DNA of 49,174 nt, filler included, from Stramenopiles sp. TOSAG23-3 (taxonomy: Eukaryota): the NCBI GenBank assembly GCA_900128585.1. It is 4 parts of 4 records of this genome, joined end to end, with 100 filler letters (N's around TTAATTAATTAA, not from the genome) between each part and the next. Parts side by side here need not be neighbours in the genome. Positions count along the whole stretch, not along the records: positions 1 to 22,471 come from LT642336.1; 3 more parts are not named here. One strand, given 5' to 3'. Below, piece after piece: positions 1 to 10,069 of this stretch. Numbering within the stretch: position 1 is the stretch's first letter; each line of letters begins with the position of its first letter. The notes beneath the pieces were generated by a model. That model was not told where the DNA came from, did no database searches, and was given only the letters and a program-made list of their open reading frames with translations. Both the position numbers and the translations under genes were made by a program.

Positions 1-531
1 TTCCAAGATACTAGCAATACGGCTGATCCCTGCACCACCACGATCGACTGTCACCAGGGTCTCCCACACCTCTGTGACGAACCTTGCCAACGTCAACCTC
101 TCCCGGGATTGCAGTGCACTGCGCAGGGCTTCCCCGATCTCAATCAGGTTCTCGCTATCCCTTACGATGTAGTTTGAAAATTTGCCTACGCTGCTTACGG
201 CGTTGGACGCGATTCTTTTGCTCTCTGTCTCAACAGTCCTTCGATAAATCTCCACGTTCCGCGCCTCTGATTCGAGCTGCTCTTGGGCAGCCCTAAGTTC
301 GTGCTCGTATGCACAGTTGTAAACGTCCAAACAAGTCTCCGTCGCACTGCACAGTTCATCAAACCCGACGCTACCGCATTCAAGTTTTTCCAGCTCTGTG
401 TCTTTCAATGCGGACAAAATTTGATCCCCTATTGACGTACGTACGCTTTCGCCCGGCACGTATTTAAAAAGGACATCACTAATCCTTGCGGAGTCTTTCT
501 CCCCTGGTTGCATGTCTTCCGTTCCGCTCAT
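1..531 (-). CDS. 5' part of a coiled-coil protein running off the window start; possibly an exocyst Sec10-like N-terminus
   Basis: Absent from the ORF track because it has no stop in the window. Manual translation from ATG 531 gives 177 open codons (MSGTEDMQPG...ENLIEIGEALRSALQSRERLTLARF...ASILE) in GC-richer sequence. The Sec10 resemblance is weak and from memory. Confidence 0.75.
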   Translation of the reverse strand, partial: MSGTEDMQPGEKDSARISDVLFKYVPGESVRTSIGDQILSALKDTELEKLECGSVGFDELCSATETCLDVYNCAYEHELRAAQEQLESEARNVEIYRRTVETESKRIASNAVSSVGKFSNYIVRDSENLIEIGEALRSALQSRERLTLARFVTEVWETLVTVDRGGAGISRIASILE

Positions 532-1339
532 CTTTATCTTAACCTTGCATTCTCGGACACAAGGAATGCTTCAGCTCTGGAACGTCCTAAAAACTGCTCA
601 GTCACCGCCGAATACACTTTAACTGAAAATCCAACGTATTCCTAAAAATTTTTTCATTGTCTACTATGTACCACATAAACACCGAATATGAAAATGGATT
701 ATTGTTGTAGAATTACAAACGATTGTTGATTGTTGATGGTGACATAATGTATCATGGACATCATCAGATTCCATTTTCTTCAATTCAATTCAATATATTT
801 GATTATTATTATTATATTTTTTTTTATTTTTTTTTTTTTTTAAAAGATACGCTGCTACTTCTCTTTGGACTAATATTATACACAGTTCCTTCCTCCTCCT
901 TCCTCCTCTGTATTAATACGTATTTCCTTCCTTCTTCGTGATGATTTCATTTCAATAGTCGTCTAATGTAATACAATCAATACTCAATCGTAATTCATTA
1001 CTATTTATTTATTAGTCGTTCTATTATTAGTCGTCTATTTATTAAATAATCCAGTGTCTCCCTCTCCCTTATTTAACATCTTACCAGGGCTCGTACAGTA
1101 CGAGGTACGGTTCGGAATGAAATAAAGAGGAGGAGGTTTTATTTATAGACTAGTAATAATATTATAATAATTAAAAAAATAGTAATAAAAAATAAAGAAA
1201 AAGAAGAACGTTGGGTATTTTTTTTATCTTCATGTGTGCCTATTATATAAATAATACTTGGTATTACCCGTAGTATATATTATTATTAAAATATAAATAA
1301 TAGTTAAAAAAAAAAAATGTTGTGTGATGATGTGGTGAG

Positions 1340-1400
1340 GAGAGAAGATGAAGAAGAAGAAGAAGAAGAAAGAAAGAAGAAGAAGAAGAGAAGAGAAGAA
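1340..1400 (+). repeat. (GAA)n-like polypurine tract
   Basis: Direct reading. Confidence 0.9.
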
Positions 1401-1811
1401 ATAATAATAAAGTAATAATAATATTTATTTTTTTTATTAAAAAAAAAAAATAATAATAAAAAATATACCCTCTGCCTCCTCCCCGTTTTGACAATAAGAG
1501 AATGTATTCGATACGTTTTTACTCGGCTAGAAGAATTGAAGAGCACGTGAAGTCATGGCTGTTAGTTTGTTTAGCATTTGTTTTGCGTTTTGTTGTATTA
1601 AGTGTCTTTACAACAGCAAAAATATTAACTTGGGTTCCTGTTCTTACTGAAATCTTCTCGGATCAGCTGACGAACGAACGCAAGTTATTGTGCAGGTGCA
1701 TCTGAAATAGTATCTCCCCGGCCGTTTGCCTTTTGAGACGCCAAAAGTTGTGAAACAGTGAACGTTTCTTAATCACCAACTCTTTAAAGGATAGAACAGT
1801 GAAGTGCTGCA

Positions 1812-2303
1812 ATGAAGTCTAGAAATTCAATTCTCTTGAGGCCCAAATTTGGGAACGCCTTGCGCAATAAAACTACTTTTGACGATGAATATGAAAAGGA
1901 ACAAATGAGGCTTGAAGCACGGCGCAGGCGAAGGCAAAATTTAGAACAGGGGTGTCTGGGGCGAATTAACCGTCAAGAAGAGGCTCTAGAGCGGCATAAG
2001 GAAGACAGTGCACGACTTTTCGAACAGCATTTACAGAGGGTACAAATGAAAAAAAACCAAGACGATATCGCGAACCAAGCTAAAGAGGCCGAAATTAATG
2101 AGCTCCAAGAGAAACTGGCGAAAGAGGAGCAGGACCGCGCGGACGCACGAAAGGCTCTCTCGTCCCGAATTTTAAAGCAAAATCTGGAACTGGTAGAAAG
2201 TAAAGAGAAGATGGATCGGCTTAAAAAAGAAGAAGAACAGGAGGCTGACAAAGTATCCATGCAAAATCATTTTAATGGAAGATTTGGTACAAGTCTGATT
2301 TAA
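1812..2303 (+). CDS. Small charged coiled-coil protein, 163 aa, unknown function (possibly ciliary)
   Basis: ATG-to-TAA ORF filling a coding-like island; E/K/R/Q-rich helical sequence. Confidence 0.8.
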   Translation: MKSRNSILLRPKFGNALRNKTTFDDEYEKEQMRLEARRRRRQNLEQGCLGRINRQEEALERHKEDSARLFEQHLQRVQMKKNQDDIANQAKEAEINELQEKLAKEEQDRADARKALSSRILKQNLELVESKEKMDRLKKEEEQEADKVSMQNHFNGRFGTSLI

Positions 2304-2680
2304 TCTCTCTGAGTGCATTAATATACTTTTCACAGAATTGACATTGAACCAGGACGGTGTGGAGTGATGACGGTTTTGCGCGTAGGGGGGAGGAGGGTAT
2401 TAAAAAAAAAGCCAAACATTTTAAAACTGTGAAAAAGTACAAGGACTCTTAAAAGATTCTTTACTCTCTTATTAAATGAATTATGTATTACGAATTAATA
2501 TTTTGTCGATTTTAATAAAAAACAGCACATTTTTTAATTAAGACTTACCGTGGTGCGTGCGTACGTGCTTGTACACTTTGGTGCGGTCGTGCTTTAATAC
2601 TTTAGATAAAAAAGCAAAATCTAACCCACGCTCCTCACAGATATATTGTTTTTGTCGCCGGCCTTACCAGAACGCCTTTC

Positions 2681-5257
2681 TTACTCATCTCCAGTATTTT
2701 TTGTTTTCTCAAATTCAACCGTTTCCTCCTGCATTGCTGCGTCCATTCCACCTTTATTATCTAAAAATATTTTGTGGTCTTTCAAATCCATATCGACCTT
2801 CTCCTTTAACTCCCTTATGTTAAATGCAAGCTTGCCATTGGCACTGCGTTTCGGGTACACAACCTTGATGAAGAGCATGAATCCGTTGCGTTCATCAAAC
2901 GTGACTTCAATGATTGGCGAGGCGCCGCCCCAATTGCGGCGATCCTTCTCCCGCCAAGATAATTTAACAATATCGTTGCCACGGCCATACTCGTAGTCAC
3001 TTTCAAACATCGTTTCTTCTTTTCCTGCGGTCCACTGCATCAATCTTGCCACGTCAATCTTTCTTTCCACCCGTTGGGTAAAGACGATGGAACCTTCTGA
3101 CTTAATTCCGGATCTTCTAAAGAACCAATTAATAAACAAGCCGACAAGGAGCCAAATAAACATGCTGATAAGGAACCAAACAAATGCCACCTGCGTGATC
3201 AGACCGTCGGCAATAGGAGTGAACCAGTCCGCTGTCATTACACTCCAGGAACCAGTAATCCTGTCCAATATTGAGAAGGCAAGGAACCCAGCTATCATTA
3301 CTTGAATGATTTCAAGTGCAATGGTCGATCGGACATTGGTTTGGAGCTGGCGAGAAACTTTCGTCATGACTGTCTCTTGATTGTACTGGATTCGAAACAT
3401 TTTCTGCTCGCTCACAACATTCGTAAGCCCTAGCAGAAATTCCATCTGATTTCTTGACCCTTGCATGTTTTTAACAAGGTCCGTTACTCTCCGGTCCAGT
3501 TGCCCTCTCAATTTTGCTAGCTGAAGACGCTCGTATAACGCCCGGCCTGCTTGCTCTGCTGGTTCTTTGGGAACTTCCATCATGGACAACGATTCCGTCA
3601 TGTAGCCCAAGATCTCTTCCATTTGAATTATATCCCTAGAAATTGTTGCCATGCGGTGGCGGATTCGAAGAATGGATATTGGGTCTTCATGGGCGACGTC
3701 GATGATCATTTTCGTCTTATTCATTGCGTCTTGAACAATAAACATACGGTTGAAGTAATTTCGAACGAAGACGTCCAGTGACTCGAACATTAAGTACGAG
3801 CACAGCAAAGGCTCGTGGTGTCTCGAATTAGGCCCGGCTAACAGCATTCCATGGGCGCCGAAAATAAGCGTATCGTGCTCACTAATATCAAACGCTGCCC
3901 GGGTTTCACCGACAACCTGCTTCAACTCATTCTCGTACTCGCCCTTGTCCATGTACTCTTCTGCCGTTAAGTGTGGGGTGATTTCGTTGGAGATAATGAG
4001 ACTGAATTTGTCCCTCATAGCGGCATCGTTGTTGAAGATCAGCTCCATCAAATCCCGCTGGTACGCGGAGATTACACTGTCAACAATTTTGGAACTATCC
4101 TGGTGAACATCGACAAGAAGCCGCGAAAGATGGTCCAGGGAAATGTTGTCCTTGATCCGGTCCATAACCGCCTCAATTTGCATCCCGTAAAACATAGTCC
4201 CGTCAGCATGCAAAGAAACCCCAAAAGTTTCTACTTGAACAATCCCTTCCTCTTCGGGAAAGTGAATGTCGGCCTCAAAATTCACGTGCGACGTTAGCGC
4301 ATAATCCAAAATATTAACACTGGTGAGTCCGGGGGGCACTTCAAACTTGGTTCCACTGGAGTCTGAGTCCAGGAGGGCTGTAAAGAAGCCCCCTTGTACA
4401 CGCTCAGTAGACCCAAGGTTTTCGTTCAGTGCCACAAGTTGGTTTGCTCCGGTGGGGATGTACTCTGCTACCATGCATGATACACTGTTAAGCGTGACGA
4501 CTTCGTCCAGCTCATCCGCAATGTTACTCTCACCCGTGTTGCATTCGTGCGCACGATGCGCGTTCGACAGCGTCGGCCGCCCGCCCTGTCGCAAGCACTG
4601 GGGAACGTACGCACTCGAGACGTAAGAAACGTCCTCCGTCTCTGTGACGGTCGACCTGCGGCTGAAACTTTCTGTGTTGAGCCAGTATTCGTCCCCGTCC
4701 CAGTGAACTCGAAGCAGACCCTCGGCGCCCCGTGTGCCTGGCGCGTACACCAACTCGTGCACGGCTTCCTTGTCTGCCTTCGAAAGCTGGCGCATGAGTT
4801 CCAGCCCTTTCTGACTTACTTGGTAGCAAGTAACGGGTTTGTACTCCGTACTGCTCAGCTTCAATCCGTTGATAAGCTCTTCCTCGCGCAAAAAGTCGAT
4901 ATCACTGTTTCCTTCTTGCGTGCAATTGAAGTATTTTCTGCGTCCCTGAACCAAATATGACGCGGGGGCGTAGTCGTAGTCCAGGACCTGTGCCACGATT
5001 CCCTCGTAGCACAAGACCATAAGCGCTTGCCTTCGAATCCATTCCTCTTTCTCTTCTTCCGTTTGGGCAGCGTGAGAATACAGAGATATCAAATAGAGCA
5101 GGCGATTTTGGTTTTCTGTTAAACCAGTGTCCGAATCACCTTCGTCCTCGTCCGAGTCAGAGAATTCCGATTCTGACTTGTCGTCGTCTCCAGAGTCGTA
5201 GTCCTCATCCTTTCCTTCCTCGTTGACCTGGCCGGGAAGAGCTTCTGATTCGTCCAT
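2681..5257 (-). CDS. Uncharacterised 858-aa membrane protein: acidic N-tail, globular region, long helical stalk, two C-proximal TM helices
   Basis: Long ORF; hydrophobic segments IALEIIQVMIAGFLAFSIL and VAFVWFLISMFIWLLVGLFINWFF follow a coiled-coil region. Confidence 0.9.
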   Translation of the reverse strand: MDESEALPGQVNEEGKDEDYDSGDDDKSESEFSDSDEDEGDSDTGLTENQNRLLYLISLYSHAAQTEEEKEEWIRRQALMVLCYEGIVAQVLDYDYAPASYLVQGRRKYFNCTQEGNSDIDFLREEELINGLKLSSTEYKPVTCYQVSQKGLELMRQLSKADKEAVHELVYAPGTRGAEGLLRVHWDGDEYWLNTESFSRRSTVTETEDVSYVSSAYVPQCLRQGGRPTLSNAHRAHECNTGESNIADELDEVVTLNSVSCMVAEYIPTGANQLVALNENLGSTERVQGGFFTALLDSDSSGTKFEVPPGLTSVNILDYALTSHVNFEADIHFPEEEGIVQVETFGVSLHADGTMFYGMQIEAVMDRIKDNISLDHLSRLLVDVHQDSSKIVDSVISAYQRDLMELIFNNDAAMRDKFSLIISNEITPHLTAEEYMDKGEYENELKQVVGETRAAFDISEHDTLIFGAHGMLLAGPNSRHHEPLLCSYLMFESLDVFVRNYFNRMFIVQDAMNKTKMIIDVAHEDPISILRIRHRMATISRDIIQMEEILGYMTESLSMMEVPKEPAEQAGRALYERLQLAKLRGQLDRRVTDLVKNMQGSRNQMEFLLGLTNVVSEQKMFRIQYNQETVMTKVSRQLQTNVRSTIALEIIQVMIAGFLAFSILDRITGSWSVMTADWFTPIADGLITQVAFVWFLISMFIWLLVGLFINWFFRRSGIKSEGSIVFTQRVERKIDVARLMQWTAGKEETMFESDYEYGRGNDIVKLSWREKDRRNWGGASPIIEVTFDERNGFMLFIKVVYPKRSANGKLAFNIRELKEKVDMDLKDHKIFLDNKGGMDAAMQEETVEFEKTKNTGDE

Positions 5258-6777
5258 ATTGTTTACAAGCGCTTTGGGTGTTTACGATAGAAAGTGTGAG
5301 CTGTCTTTGTACAAAATGATCACAAGACTAAGTTTTTCTAACACTTTAATTTTACAAGTTGATTTGGGGAATCTTACAATACAAACCATTAAATTAAGAT
5401 TCATGGATATTTACTTGTACAAAGTACATGAATTGACAACAAAACCAATCATCATCAGTGAGGAAAAAAAGAAGAAGAGAGAAGAAGAGGGATGAAAAGA
5501 CAACGACAATGATGGCTGCAAGCAAAAAAAGACAAAAGACAAAATACAGCATAGCAACATGTAAAAAATAATAACTGCTGCGAACAACATCGTGGTCGAT
5601 CGATCGATCGATGATAGAAAATGAATCCTATGCTATGATGGTATTTGTAGTATCAAATGTGAATTTTTGCAACGGCAAAAGCTACCACTCCTCTTCTCTT
5701 GCCTTTTCAACAACAGGGACATTATGGACACAGCATAAGACGGTGGTGATGGGAAGAGAACGAAGCCGTCGGGCGTTTGTTGTTTGGTTTGATTTGGTTT
5801 GGTTTGGTTTGCGTATATCATCAAAAGGAACAGAGCATCGTGACAACACAACGTATATGAATTAATAAATAAGCTGATCAAAATTATAATTAATACCGTC
5901 GTAGCTATAGGAAAGACGACTATCATCCGTAGTACAGTATCTCTGCTCTACAAAGATCTACGAAGCAGTACAAACTCCCCCTTGTTATAATAAGCTTAGC
6001 TTGGCCCAATTCTTTATTAGCAGTCTCGAAGGCAGATAGATAGATTAAATTAAACCTCCAAAAATAACGGTGATTGTTAATTAATTCCTAGACTATTAAA
6101 TTTAATCATGAATAATCGTATACTTCAAGGTAGTCTTTCATAAATTTTGTGTTCAAGCCTTTTATTTTTTTAGACTATATAATAATGTACATTATTAATA
6201 TATATATGATAGTCTATGAAAAAAGAGATCATAACTTTTAACTAAAATAGAAGGTGGGGCAGGGCAACTGAAAACTGGAAAATGATCAGAGACCTCTCTC
6301 TTGATCTTGACCTCAACCGGTACCAGGTATTGGGTACAGGTACCGGTACAGAATAACCATTTTTTAACATCAGCAATCAGCACACAGGGTGTCAAACGAG
6401 TAGCTCATATTGACGAAACGTAATTAAGACTTCATACTCCTCTTAGTTAAAAAATAATTAGCAACGAAGTATTATTATACGGTACGTACCTCGTACCTGG
6501 GAAAGAATAAGAGCTCTTTCTTCAAAAAAATAAAATAATAATAATAATAATTTATTTAAATAAATAATAATAATAACAATGACTTGCAAAAAATAGTATT
6601 GAAATAATTCCTGTAGTATAAGATAAATGCATTAACGAAAAAAAGATCCGGTCTTTTCGATTATTAATGTAAATAAATAGTGTGTGGGAAAGACTATTCA
6701 CTTTCTATACCGTTTTTATTTGTTGGTAGTGGAACTGGGCGATTGTTGTTGCAAGAGAGCCTTTGTACTACGAGAAC

Positions 6778-7893
6778 ATGGACCGGCCGTGCTTCGCGTA
6801 CCAAGCGAAGACGCCACTATGGACTCAAATTCGGGAATATCTAAAGCCTCAGGAAGAAAACGAGGTCAGGAGTGTACTGGGAGAGCATGTACTAGCGAGG
6901 AATGATATGATGCATGAGGAGGTGAAAGCTCTCTCTCAAATAGTCACAGAATTTAGAGCTGCAAATGACAGTGAAGTGTCAGAAATTGAAAGGCAGCGGG
7001 CAAGCTTGAAACGCGGCGAGGGGAAGGGGAAAAAAGGCGCTGCACTGCCCGAAGCACCAGCGAAGCAACTTTTGAAGCAACAAATTTTGTTTTTTGTAGA
7101 CAATTTGAACTCGTTGAGAGGAGGTATGGATAAAAACTCTTCTGACTTGCTAGCATCTGTACCAAGCACGCCTCGAGAAGCGCGGGTCTTGGCGGGCGTG
7201 GTTGGGATAGACGCCAAGCGGGCGGGAAGGCCTGGCAGTTCGCCCGGCCTCTCCAGGGCAGGTCGGCCGTCGAGCGCCACGGGATCCCCAAGGTCCAGCC
7301 TTGCGCAACGGAAGCGGTCGTCCCATCGCTCGCTCAGGCCAGGCTCGTCCATGTCCACACGGTCAGCGCCAGCTGGCCCGTTGGACAAAGTAGGTAAATT
7401 TTTGAATATATTCGAGATCGAGAAAGTTGTACAGGATTTAAAAGAGTCGCTAGAAACCGAGTATAGAGACTTGCTGGAGGACATCGAATACTTGAACGCA
7501 GCGCTTGAAGAAGAGCATGATTACAAGGTGGCCGCCACCAATTCTGCAGCAAAAGAGGATGACAATGAAATTAAAATTGGCAACGATGAAGTCCCCCCGA
7601 CGTTACAGGAGCTACGAAATGTATCGGCTAAGCTGGAGCATTCTTGGCTGCAGGCGGAAATGCATGACACAAAACCCGACACAAAAAAAACAATGAAAAC
7701 CGGGAACCTTTCGGCCCCAAAATTAAAGCCACTCTTTCAAGACCAAAACAGAAATTTAGAAAGCTTTGGTGAAAGCTCAGAAAGCAGTGCAACAAATGAG
7801 GAAGAGCCGATTCTTCCGAAGAAAACCAGTAGGCTGAGACGGCGCTTTCAAGAAGCAAAAGTCGAAGACAGTGATGCTAAATTCTTTGTATAA
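6778..7893 (+). CDS. CCDC24: CCDC24-like coiled-coil protein
   Basis: Blocks PLWTQIREYLKPQEENEVRSVLGE, LLKQQILFFVDNL and LNIFEIEKVVQDLKESLETEYRDLLEDIEYLNAALEEE match my recollection of CCDC24 conserved blocks. First ATG is 6778; the track starts at TTG 6763. Confidence 0.75.
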   Translation: MDRPCFAYQAKTPLWTQIREYLKPQEENEVRSVLGEHVLARNDMMHEEVKALSQIVTEFRAANDSEVSEIERQRASLKRGEGKGKKGAALPEAPAKQLLKQQILFFVDNLNSLRGGMDKNSSDLLASVPSTPREARVLAGVVGIDAKRAGRPGSSPGLSRAGRPSSATGSPRSSLAQRKRSSHRSLRPGSSMSTRSAPAGPLDKVGKFLNIFEIEKVVQDLKESLETEYRDLLEDIEYLNAALEEEHDYKVAATNSAAKEDDNEIKIGNDEVPPTLQELRNVSAKLEHSWLQAEMHDTKPDTKKTMKTGNLSAPKLKPLFQDQNRNLESFGESSESSATNEEEPILPKKTSRLRRRFQEAKVEDSDAKFFV

Positions 7894-8513
7894 ACTTTTA
7901 GTCTTCGTATTTTACTAATAAAAAAGTCTTCTTCTTAATAAAAAAATAATTAAATTTACTACTGTATATCGAATAAGGAGTAAGAAAACTATTTTTTATT
8001 ATTATGTATTTCTTTTTGCTGTTAGTTCCCTGTTATAAAATTGGCCGTTCACGGCGGCGTGTGAAATGTTTTCATTTTGATGCTCTCATTGTGTGTTTTG
8101 AAATACAACAAAGACGACGGTAGATTTTTTCACCGGGCGGCAGTTATACTGTGGTGTACTATTTATTAAATTATTAACTGATGAATGACCACTTACCGGT
8201 ATGGTATTACCTTGTATTATACCTGGGCACCACCAGATACTGGCTAACTTGATACCAAATTATTTTTCTTTATTATTATTACAAATGTCATTCTTTAAAA
8301 CAACCTCTCTATAGAGCTACAATATATGATGATGTGAGAATATGACAAAACATACGATTTTTTGTAACGAAACTTTTCTTCTGCTGTTCGATTTTTTCAT
8401 GAACACATTAAAAAATTCATCTGAGTGAACATGATATGTACGAGGAAAGTTCCCTCCTGTATCGACATAGCGTCCCCCGCTACAAACACGCTTCGCGCGT
8501 TCGCACGTCGATA

Positions 8514-9620
8514 ATGTCCACGTTGTATTCGTTTCAATTGCTCGCCTGTCTCTTTTCACTACGCATTAAGAATGGGATTGGAGGCTTTGTATTGTGTCCA
8601 AATCTCGGATGCACGTACTCTTCGCTTGGCTGCTCCCTGACGACAGATGAACGAGAACTTTTTTGTGCTAACAAAAACATCAAGGGGCCACTGTTTGTTA
8701 CTGATTTGCCAACCACTTTGGAAAAGCTTTACTTGAATAATAATAACATCACCGTCCTTGAACCGAAAATGTTCACGGCCACAACCAATTTGCGTATCCT
8801 TAACCTGAACAACAATGAGATTGTTCTTTTAAAGGACAATACCTTCGCAACCTTGAAAAATCTAGCTGATTTGCGATTGGAAAATAACGAAATTTTGAAT
8901 ATCCCCAACACTGCTCTTACTGGTCTCGTTTCCTTGGCGATTTTTAAAATATCTGGTAATCCTGCCAGTAGACCTACAGCAGTCTGTTCGGCTGGGAAAT
9001 TCTTAAAGACAGTTGCCTTGGCGTTTGATGGGGGGGCTACATCTTACATTTATGAATGTAAACCTACAATTCTGTGTGACGGCTGCAACCATGATGATAA
9101 ATTTCCTAGCACTGAAACTCCATTGTGCACCTTTGATCAACTGACTATCACGTTTGACTGTACAAATGCTGGCTTTGCGGGAAAACTTTATTTGAAATCG
9201 ATACCAGAGCGTGCCAAGATTGTCAAATTAAGTCAAAGTCGCATTGAGTCTATCGATGATCGCACCTTTCGCGACCTGGAGGATGTTGAGGTCATTGATT
9301 TGTCAGAAAACAAATTGTCAACATTGTACAAAGATCCTTTTTCTACAATGAACAATTTGAAAACGCTGATGCTGCAGGACAACCCTATCTCTCAAGGAAA
9401 CTTACGATGCGCGGATAAAAAGTTAGAACCGCGAAACGAAACGTTAACTATACTAGGTAATGGAAACTCCATTACGTGGGAAACGTGTGCCCCTAAGCCT
9501 GCCTCTGATGACTCTAGCTCACAGCTGAGCCATGCATCAAAACTTGGTATTATTGGTTGTTGGCTGAGCAAAGCTTTTAGTGCGATTTCTATAACGTTGC
9601 TACTGATCTTGTGTGCCTAA
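8514..9620 (+). CDS. Secreted, probably GPI-anchored leucine-rich-repeat protein with two Cys-capped LRR modules
   Basis: LxxLxLxxNxI repeats (LEKLYLNNNNI, LRILNLNNNEI, LADLRLENNEI, VEVIDLSENKL, LKTLMLQDNPI); signal-like N-terminus from ATG 8514 (an upstream in-frame ATG lies at 8436); Ser-rich linker and hydrophobic C-terminus. Confidence 0.85.
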   Translation: MSTLYSFQLLACLFSLRIKNGIGGFVLCPNLGCTYSSLGCSLTTDERELFCANKNIKGPLFVTDLPTTLEKLYLNNNNITVLEPKMFTATTNLRILNLNNNEIVLLKDNTFATLKNLADLRLENNEILNIPNTALTGLVSLAIFKISGNPASRPTAVCSAGKFLKTVALAFDGGATSYIYECKPTILCDGCNHDDKFPSTETPLCTFDQLTITFDCTNAGFAGKLYLKSIPERAKIVKLSQSRIESIDDRTFRDLEDVEVIDLSENKLSTLYKDPFSTMNNLKTLMLQDNPISQGNLRCADKKLEPRNETLTILGNGNSITWETCAPKPASDDSSSQLSHASKLGIIGCWLSKAFSAISITLLLILCA

Positions 9621-9785
9621 TGTAATGAGGATGTGTGTGTCTGAAGGAAGTCAAACTTTAGCAAGATTCTTTGACAAAAACAAATTACATTGCAAGGAAG
9701 GATGAATTGGGAGAGATTTCAGCAGCCATGTATGAAACTTTAAATTGTAGAGATACAAATAAAGAAATCTTAAAATCTAAATAAT

Positions 9786-9813
9786 AAACCAAAATATATA
9801 GTATGTTTTAAGA
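9786..9813 (+). repeat. Partial 3'-end element A downstream of the LRR gene
   Basis: TATATAGTATGTTTTAAGA at 9795-9813 is a 19/19 match to the 15964-16004 copy. Confidence 0.7.
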
Positions 9814-9964
9814 TAATATCTAGCAGCTGTGAAATCTAACGATATTTTTGTGATAGGAATTAAGATGGAGCAAGTCTAATTACAATCAAAATAACAATTT
9901 GATTTGCTGCCTAACGCCTTACTACAAATGAAGAAAATAATCCAGAATCAAGTTAGAAAATAAT

Positions 9965-10020
9965 TTAAAACAAAAAATTGGCTGTTATTTAAAAAAGTAA
10001 TTTAAGATTTTAGCTTCCTC
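9965..10020 (+). repeat. Dispersed 3'-end element B
   Basis: TTAAAACAAAAAATTGGCTGTTATTT...AAGTAATTTAAGATTTTAGCTTCCTC aligns along its length with 26809-26865. Confidence 0.75.
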
Positions 10021-10069
10021 GTATAGAAAATAATTTTTTACTTTGTATATACGTGATATGTTTTTTAAT

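Noticed and set aside
5930-6460. Possible ncRNA or hidden small gene in a moderately complex spacer (also 8040-8160, 26960-27170)
   Set aside because: No tRNA, snRNA or snoRNA consensus and no convincing ORF seen; an Infernal/Rfam scan would be needed.
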